Shown here piece after piece: positions 54,965-64,000 of a DNA stretch of 64,000 nt (positions are counted from its first letter, which is position 1; the number at the start of each line of letters is the position of its first letter). The notes beneath the pieces were generated by a model. The model was not told the origin of the DNA, made no database searches, and saw only the letters and a program-made list of their open reading frames with translations. This stretch comes from Chrysomallon squamiferum (lineage: Eukaryota; Animalia; Mollusca), in the NCBI GenBank assembly GCA_012295275.1, contig CM022670.1, forward strand, positions 23,250,001 to 23,314,000. Direction: 5' to 3'. A program made the position numbers and the translations under genes.

Positions 54965-57900
54965 ACTAATTCAACATTAATTTCCTCAGAAGCGAATACG
55001 TAATATTGAATAACTGTCTTTGAACTTTGAGCTATGTTCGTTTGTAAATCCAAAGCTTTACCAACAATAATGGAATATATTCTCATTTAAAACACATGCA
55101 TTTTACACTAAAATTTAAAATATAAATTTATGTTATGTGTTATGTGTTATGGTGTTTAGTTTTTAACTGATTACATATACTACTACGGTCAATTTAAAAT
55201 CTGGGATATTATTTATAAAAACAAAAAAAAAAAAAATTCTTAATTCTCTACCTCTTTATATTCATCTTACACTCTACCTCCGTCTCCATTTTTCTCCTTC
55301 TCTGTTATATATATATATTTTTTTTTTACGTAAATAATTTTATACACAATTTTTAAATCACAAGACATCTATCTCATTTAAGTTCCACAAACAAACAAAG
55401 AAGTCTTCAAATGAAACGTAATCCCCTCTAGAAAGTGAGCGGCTTAATCTCCCAGACGCCTCCGGTTCGCTGTGACGTATCTAAGTTGCCAGCAATTATC
55501 CACATTGGCGCCGAATCAGCGAAAAGGAATCGAGTCTTTCATGCTTTAACTTTGTTAGTCTCTACTTACTTATTTACTGTATTAGACAGTAACCGAATTA
55601 CACAGTCTACTAACTACCTGTGGTGGCAAATTTAACTTATGTAAGCTAACATCAACCAGTGTAGAGATCGGCTTAGCAGTCATGATTTAATTTATTACGG
55701 ACAGTATTGATAATTAAAGCTGGTCATTTGGGAAATAAATGAGCGTACTGGTTTCTTAGGAACGAATACATTAATTTGTGCCTTTTCGTTTATATTTCGT
55801 CGAGACATGATGGTGTGCGTTTGTGTGTGTGGGTGTGAGTGTGTGTGTTTGTGTGTTTGTGTGTGTGTGTATTTATGTGCATATCTATTTATTTATTTAT
55901 AGATGTATATATTCAAACATAGAAATATATGCATTTTCCTACAGACAAAAACACATATATGCACACAATAGAATATTATAAGTTTCATTAAGAAAGAATT
56001 TATATAAACAGAACAGTAGATGGAACAAATGCCATTTTATTTCAAATTTCATGAGCAAGGACAAAATAATTAATGACATCAATGTCCAAACGTGTTTTTC
56101 AAATGATTTATAGCCATGAAAAGATTCTGGTCTGAAAACAATTGTTCTGAAAAAATTAAATAAAAGACAAACTAAATATAATTATCTATATATATATATA
56201 TATATATAGATATATAAAATACGCTTTGAAAATGCCGTCTGTGCTATTAGTTGAAAACGTCTGTTTAAAAGATGCCTTCATTCATAAAATGTTTGCAGAT
56301 TGGCTTCGACAGTCATATATTAGTTGAAATAAATGTCTCGTTTGATATAATTATTTGACATCATTGGTCCCTCTTGGTTATACAAAAGCAATAAACTCAT
56401 TCGTAAAATACCAAACACGACCAGTATAATTAATTTAGTCTTAATTTACTTATACATTTTATTTCAAAGACGGAGCACATATTCTTAATCATAAAACTGT
56501 ATTTACGTCTGCACGCTCCCAAGCGTAAGAATATTAACAGGGAATACAGTAATGATGCTTAGTTCTGTTACGTAGAAATAAATGAAATGCTTTAGATAAA
56601 GGAAGATAATTAATTACATGTATATTCAAAATAACAATATACTTTCCTCAGGATAATAATATATGTAAAAGAGATGAATTATTTTGTTATAAAGCCGGTT
56701 ATATTTAGGAGATAAATAAACACATTTTAATGAAATATACAGTGTACCTAATTAAGTTTTCAATGATATCTGTGTAACTTCAGTGTTTGAAATGATAATG
56801 TAGTTACATAAAACAATGATCATTGTGTATATGAAAATAAACCGGTATAAATGTTTTTTGCCTAGAAGATATAATACAATGATTGCTAGTGATTAAGCGT
56901 AATATTATTAGATAAGCCAGTACCTTATATAATAGATCTGTCTATTACACGAAACTGTACAAAAACCATTCATATTCACGTGAAATAAAATACTTACATA
57001 ATCATAGTATTTATATTAACTAATAGTACACACATCAATAAAATTTACACACAGACGCACAAACACACACACACACACTCATACACATACACAAGTATTT
57101 CACAATAATAAAAATTATAAAAGGTATGAAAACGCACTGCAACAACTGTAACACAAAATGGACCATAAATCTTGTGTGGCTGTTCGTGTCAAAGTCTCAT
57201 CTGCGACGTCCATGTACTGGGAATATAAACACACGCATTGATTTTCTAATTACGACTCGCAGTTGCAATATGTGTGTATTGTCAGCGCCGTAATTGTTGT
57301 TATAAAATTATTATGATTAATTCAGAAGGGGAAAATATGTGTAATGTCAGACGCTATTGGCACAATGGCTTTGTGCGAGTCTCTGAGCTTTGAGTTTACA
57401 CTCGATGAGCCATCATGTCTGAAAATTATTCATCGTTTATTTCATCATCTCGCTACGGGTTATTCAGGTGTTTTTTTTTATACCTTATGTACTGTTCTTG
57501 TAGTTGTTGTTTATAACCAACAATGTCTTTTTATTAGGCTTCAGTTTATTGTTATATAAAAAAAAGGTATTCTAATTCCTAATTTTTTTTTTTTTTTTTT
57601 TTCAAACAAGGATATTTGTGTAGTCAAACTACAGTACGTATTTGTATCCTGTAGTATTATTGTATGTATATGTAAATAAATAAAATTATAAAATGAAATT
57701 AAAAAAAATAAAATTTTATAAATATGAAATAGTATATAATATAATGCGATGTAATATAACAAACCATACCGTAAAATAACGTACAGAAACAAAGTAAAGT
57801 AACTTAACGTAACACATAACACGGCAAATAATAATAATAATAATAACGCATGAGAAGATTTGAAAATACTGTATACACACAGCTTCCGATTAATAAATAA

Positions 57901-58393
57901 AGAGGTGTTTTGACAGAATTAAGCGGATTTGATTATTATGTTAATACCATTGCCCTTTTCTTACATGATGCACAAAGTGTTTAGCCGTAATCAGAAAGGT
58001 ACGTCGCTATTCACAGCTCGCAATAAAAGGCGTTTGTTTGTGTTTATTGTTACCATTTCTTCGGGCGTCTTAATTGTCAAGAATAGACCATCTGGGACAC
58101 AAATCCATTAGTTATAATTTCTATCGGATTTTGTCTTTTGTACGTTTCGCTGTACTCTCTGACCTGCAAGCTAATCTCACGGTCCGGTGAGCGTAAGGCA
58201 AAGTAATTATGACATTGCGAAAGTAAAAGAGCAGGTCTTTTGTCGAAGAATAATAATTAAATATTTGTCTTCACAGCAGCTGACTTCATAGTGAACATTC
58301 GTCGTTTAACGAGAAATAAATATTTCACTGATACATCTGTAGATGTGGAAATGATACAAAAAGCTAACGGCGTATGGTTTTGTTATTTTTTCT

Positions 58394-58394
<1 letters not shown>

Positions 58395-58440
<46 letters not shown>

Positions 58441-58495
58441 TATTTATTTTGATTATTGTGATTATTATTTATTTATTTTGATTATTGTGATTATA
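58395..58495. repeat. (ATT)n microsatellite followed by a duplicated tatttattttgattattgtgatta unit
   Basis: Direct observation. Confidence 0.9.
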
Positions 58496-59220
58496 TATTT
58501 TTTTTATTCTATCACTGAAATAAATAGGTTCTCCGTTACGCAAATATTGAAATTGAATCTTACTTTAATCCCACTGAATGTACTGCGTAGTCCTAATGTT
58601 TTGTACTCGTACGACCCGTTTTTCTAATTCTGAATTGGGCGTCCCGCGGGCAAATGTGTGACGACACTCCAGCAGTATGGCCCGTAACGTGAATTCATCC
58701 GATTTATTATATTTGAGCGATTGATTAAAAAAAAAAAAAAATATAAAATAAAAAAATAAAAAAAAGAGAGAGAGAGAGAAAAAAAAATGTCATTGGACGT
58801 AATTCTCAGCTTGCAAATCGGAAACTTAATTATATGTTCTTTGATTTCAAGACCTTTTCTTTCTTTAAATCTTAATGCCTTCAGTAGGCTTGTCATGTTT
58901 AATGAATATAAAAACATAAAAACATAAAAAATAATTAAAATTAAAATTAAAAAAAAACAACAAGAAAAGTAATTTATCTATTTGAAAAAGAAGTATTAAA
59001 ATTTTAATACAGATTTCTTTTTCATAATCTTAGCTTTATGAAGATAAGCATTTTAATCCACGAAAATAAAGAAATATTTAATTAAAATCAAGTTTTCTCT
59101 GACAGAGAATAGGCAAACTAGACGTCATCATTATCATCATGATCATCTTATATAAAACAAAATTCTTCGATAAATATTTACATTCAGTAAAATAATAAAA
59201 TTTTATTCGCAGTTTACAAT

Positions 59221-59268
<48 letters not shown>

Positions 59269-59911
59269 AGAAATCCTACCTATATTATTTATTCGGTGAT
59301 CAGTTTAACCTGAAAAAATGTTGTTCGATAATTTATTCATTCTGTTTAAATACGGGTTAGGAAAATAAAGTCTGGTTAGATAATACCGAGGATCGTCCAT
59401 TGCTTGAAGTCTGACACTTGACCAAGTCGTCTGGGTAACTGCATTTCTTCTTCTTCACGCGGCGCCTTCCACTGACAAGCACTCGAGAGAAATAAAACAA
59501 ACACATTGCAGCACGAGTCACTTTATGTTATTAAAATCTCGAGAAGTATTTTTGTTTCTTCCTGTCTGAACTTGAAACGGAGAGATCGGACCAGGCCTAC
59601 GGAATGAAAACACCCTAGCGCTGTAGATAATCTCTCTGTCAAATTTTATTTTCCTCTTCTTTATGTAGAGTGGCAAGAAAACGGCATTACAAACAGCTAT
59701 GGCGTCGCTTTGATTTTCTTGTCGACACAGCCGATAATTCCGTGCGTAATTAAAATTGTCAAACAGCGTGCAAAAATAGGAAATATAATATTTCTGAAAT
59801 CCCCGGTAATCGCCGTCTTTGGCCAGCGTTTCGGAAACTGATACTTTGCAAAGAAAGCTGTCATATTGTTGAGACAATACGGCTGATATTTCCTAGTTTC
59901 TTTTGTGTCGT

Positions 59912-59961
<50 letters not shown>

Positions 59962-60428
59962 TTTCTGTAGACATTGCAACTGCAGAAAAAAAAACCCTGT
60001 CGTCTACGTTATTTTTGAATCTGTTATTTCTGTGTCAGTTAAAAATATTTTCAGAAACAGAATCTGTGTTAAAGAATGTGGTTTATTTAGTTGTTTGTTT
60101 TTAAAATTATAAAAGAATATGGGTTTTCCAAAAGAACATGTTGAACTGATGCGATTTAATAATTTTCCATAATTGCTTTTTTTTTTTGGAGGTAATTAAT
60201 AATGTAATTTAATCTATATTTTGAATATTATTAAGATGTTTTCAAAAATAAATAAATCTATGAAATTTTCTTTGAGTAAATCTTGATAGATCATCAGACT
60301 GACAACTCCAAGACCTTTTTTTTTTACTGTCTAAATAAATAATGGCTGAACTGCTTAGTTAAAAAATCTCTAGAGAAGAAACACGTAGCATGGAACAGTA
60401 TGATATTTCTCTTGAGTCTAATATTCTA

Positions 60429-60470
60429 AATAAAACAAATTGATATTCCAATAAAACAAATTGATATTCC
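60429..60470 (+). repeat. 21-bp perfect tandem duplication (aataaaacaaattgatattcc x2)
   Basis: Direct observation. Confidence 0.92.
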
Positions 60471-61403
60471 AATTGTAGAGTACTTATAGACTATGAACCG
60501 CTAATTCCAAGGAGATCGTTTGATCCCGGGTCGACCCAGAGCCACACAGCAACAATATCAAACTGCCAGCCATAGTCGAAGAAACTCTACCCCCACAACA
60601 AGATTACGGTTTTCTAACTCAAACAAAACTGCGAGCAGCGGTGCTAAAACCGTCTACTTCACCAGCTGATCGGTGCTGTAGATCGGGGGAAATCCAGCCC
60701 GTACACAACCCTAGAGTATATTAACTTAATTTACTTTCATTAGTTTTTCGATTTTGCTGTGCAAATTTCTTCTAGAATTCATCATTACGGCAGCCGATTA
60801 ACGTGGCTATCTCCTGGGGCTCAGCAAAACCAATACACGCGCGATTGCATGAATTCGTTAACGTTGTCGAAGGTCTGCGCTGTTTTACGATGGGGGTCAA
60901 AGAGAACTTAATATTGATAACAAACAGTGATAACCGTCAGCGAATAACAAAACAAAAAAAAAAAAAAAAAAAAAAGGAGAAAAAACCCCCAAAACCAAAT
61001 GAAAGAATATATTTATTTTTCCATATATCTATTTTTATTAATATGTGACTGTGCATTTATACATTGTGTTCTGAAGCACCAGTCATTCTGGGAACGCACA
61101 TTCGGTTATTTGCCGATCCAACCAAGAACTTTACAACTGGTTTATCGAGTGTTTTGGTATGTGTTTCTTTACTTTTGGGAAGAGTAGCCGAAGTGACAGT
61201 ATCATTTCTTTATTATACAAGAAACATGTTTGTCACTTAACTCGTTAATAACAAAGTTGGAATATTAAGTGTATTCATTCAGTGATTCATTTATTCACTA
61301 ATTCATTCACATTAATATCAATTTCTTATTCTGTTCTTTCATTCTTTACATTACATTTTTTTCCCCTTTGGAAAAAAGTATCAAGCTTTTAAATTACTTG
61401 AAG

Positions 61404-61442
<39 letters not shown>

Positions 61443-63274
61443 TTGGCTCATTGATTTTTTCACCAAAAATCGTCTTGTAGAAACTAATGAATTTTTAAAA
61501 TATTACGTTCTGGCGTTTTTGGCTGTTTTCGTAATAAAAAAAAAATGCAATTGTTTGATTTTTAAAAAAATATATTATTATTATTTTATTTATTTTACAA
61601 ATTTTTTATGTTGAACTTGTTTTAAATTAAATATTTGGTTAAGAAACAGAGCAATGTTCAGTGTTATATAAAAATGAAAAAAAAAAAAAAAAAAAGAAGA
61701 TCTTTGCGAATTTTAAACAGTATTTGTAAAATATATCACAGGAGGTATCTGTGCACTGAAGATGTAATAAAATTAATTTATTACCCGGTTTGTGAGAAGG
61801 AATTCATTTCTAAGCATTCCACCATTGTCATCGGACCTTCACGTTAACGCTACATTGCCTCCTGGGTAATTGGGCAATATTGGAGATTTCAAAAGCATTA
61901 TACAAAGCATAATTTATGTGTCCCTCCTGACCTGGCTGCCAAAATGCGAGTCTCTAATTCCAGTTTATGAAAGGTCTTGTCTCTCCACTGCAAACACAGG
62001 ACAAATGGTTACACGCAATGGCTAACCTACGAACACGAATTTGCTTTTCTCAGAAGATCTAAATATACTGGTATATCCATCCACGAGGGATTCACATGCC
62101 GATGGTTGATCTTTAACCTTGTATCTCTTGAGTAATATCCCTCCTTACTTCCTTAGCCATGATGCATCGGAGGATAATAATATTAATCCATTTTCCGTGT
62201 ATTTCTCTATTTTCACGCCTCATTGGCCAACTGGCGAAGATTGAGATTGGAATGACTCTGCGTAAGATTGATGATTTTGCCTCATTGTGGTCCATGGACG
62301 AATAATGGCGGCTGCTATTAGATGGATCATTACGACATACCGACCTCGGATCTATCACCGTCAGACAACAAAGAGTCAAAGAAGGCGCTGTATACAACAG
62401 TAATTAACTTCCTACGGGACTGTAATGTTTACGCTGGACTGAACGTCTTTGCAGCACTTCTCGGACAAAACAGAAAAGAAAATTGTGGTACCATAATACG
62501 AAAGTGATGCTGGAAAAGAATTTGCATATACATTGTTCTTGCTGATAACGAAACGTCATACAAATGAAAAGATTTTAAAATGACTCAGAATATTAAGTTA
62601 TGTGTTTCAATGGAACAAAAGTCATTTATTTCTTCTTCTTTTTTTTCTCTCCATTATTGAGCAAAACGCTTTTGAGTGAGATCAAATATCGCGGTCTTTC
62701 CTTTTTGCAAAATGGTTATAAAATGTAACCATTAAGCTAAAATGGAAAACTTCTCTTGTAAAACCATTGTCGGAAGGACGATATAATTTATTACCATCTT
62801 GCTCTGTTTCATAGCATCTTTTCGTGATCTGAAAGTGTTCATTATTCATTGACATAAAACAGAATCAGAGGGTCGTAAATTATTACATGCTGGACAAAAA
62901 TCGTTTTCGGCTGCGTTCTTTTTTCATAACGGCGCCAAATCATTTTCTTTGGGAAACCTTATTAAATCGAAGCCCTCATTTTTTCCAGTGTGTACACAAG
63001 ACTTCCAGCAGACGTTGCTTATGAGTTTAAGGATTTCTCCGAGGGGACATTTGTGGCGGTGTAGATTTTAACGATCTTTTTTCTTTCTTTCTTTTTTTTC
63101 AAAACGAAAGAGATGATAACAGATTCTGAATGATTCAATGATGTCGACAGCAGTTTCTTGTTCAAACAAGATCTTTAACTTGTAATAGTCCCAAAGGAAG
63201 TCGCTAAGGTGCTTTAAATAGAATCAGTTACAGATGGACAACATATCCTCTCTTCTGTCCATTTCTATAGGAAG

Positions 63275-63500
63275 ATGTTTGCCTGGGGCAATTACAGTAT
63301 TGAACAGCGTTCTGCTGCCGTCCTGGTAAGAAACCCTTCTACTCCAAAAGAGATTGACAGACAACATAGCCTGATGGATTCCTCTTTTTACCAAGCTAAA
63401 TGTCGTGCTAGTTAATCTGGTATTTTTTCTTCAGACCTGCCTCGTCTTTGGTCAGCTTTGCATTTGGATTTATTTGATCAGGTTGATCTTGAAGCGCTGA
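63275..63500 (+). CDS. candidate two-exon small ORF, 38-aa hydrophobic peptide (63275-63325 joined to 63435-63500)
   Basis: Acceptor ttctatAG at 63270, aagATG, donor CTG|GTAAGA at 63326, acceptor ttttttcttcAG at 63434, stop TGA at 63498-63500, AATAAA at 63901; no homology recognised. Confidence 0.28.
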
Positions 63501-63904
63501 CTAACACTGTGAAGATGCTTGCATTGAGCGGCTTGTCTCATTACATAGATCAAAAACGTACGAATCTCAACATGGTCAATATTTTGCAGACACTCTTCGC
63601 ATTCTCAGCTTCATTAGATTAACGAACATAGTGAAAGAAATGTAGGCTTATCATTGATCGTTGTTTTGAAGATGTTTTGCTTTTCTCTTACTGAAATCTA
63701 CAATTTTCTAACAGTGGCAAAAATCCAAACCAGTAATAACCCCGACACAAAGAAAGATAAAATAGAATTTAATATATTTTTTTTTACTTCAGAATGATCC
63801 TGTAGATACATGCATATATCGTCTTAAATATTTCCATACATTCCAGTTATTTTTGCAAGTTTTAAAATTTTTGTTAAATTAAAAATGTTTTTTTGCTCAT
63901 AATA

Positions 63905-63966
63905 AAATAACAACAAGAAAAACAACAAGAACAATAATAACAATAATGATGATGATGATGATGATG

Positions 63967-64000
<34 letters not shown>
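63905..64000. repeat. compound (AAC)n/(GAT)n/(AAT)n microsatellite
   Basis: Direct observation. Confidence 0.92.

Noticed and set aside
62010-62460. Faint likeness to a LINE ORF2 C-terminus (ALYTTVINFLRDCNVY)
   Set aside because: No RT, RNase H or CCHC motifs in any frame, and no tail or target-site duplication

Overview
AT-rich (roughly 30-33% GC by eye) eukaryotic non-coding DNA, most likely a long intron or intergenic region of an invertebrate animal. The (AG)n, (AAT)n, (ATC)n, (ACAT)n, (AAAT)n and (ACCAT)n microsatellite spectrum suggests a mollusc-like genome, which is inference only. I recognise no known protein-coding gene, tRNA, rRNA, conserved miRNA, CRISPR array or intact transposon. 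Nearly all ORFs in the supplied track are translations of simple repeats or chance ORFs. Directly supported: a duplicated 27-bp minisatellite cassette (3.1-5.9 kb), many microsatellites, a 95-bp (GA)n-linked dispersed repeat, small tandem duplications, and recurring CpG-retaining GC-richer islands about every 1-2 kb. The most interesting unverified signals are a candidate two-exon 38-aa transmembrane micropeptide gene at 63.27-63.50 kb, at least 18 copies of the heptamer GCAGACG, a promoter-like island at 42.3-43.3 kb, miR-8/miR-200 seed matches in the minisatellite, and a candidate 21-nt microexon. None of these amounts to an established new system without expression or conservation data.
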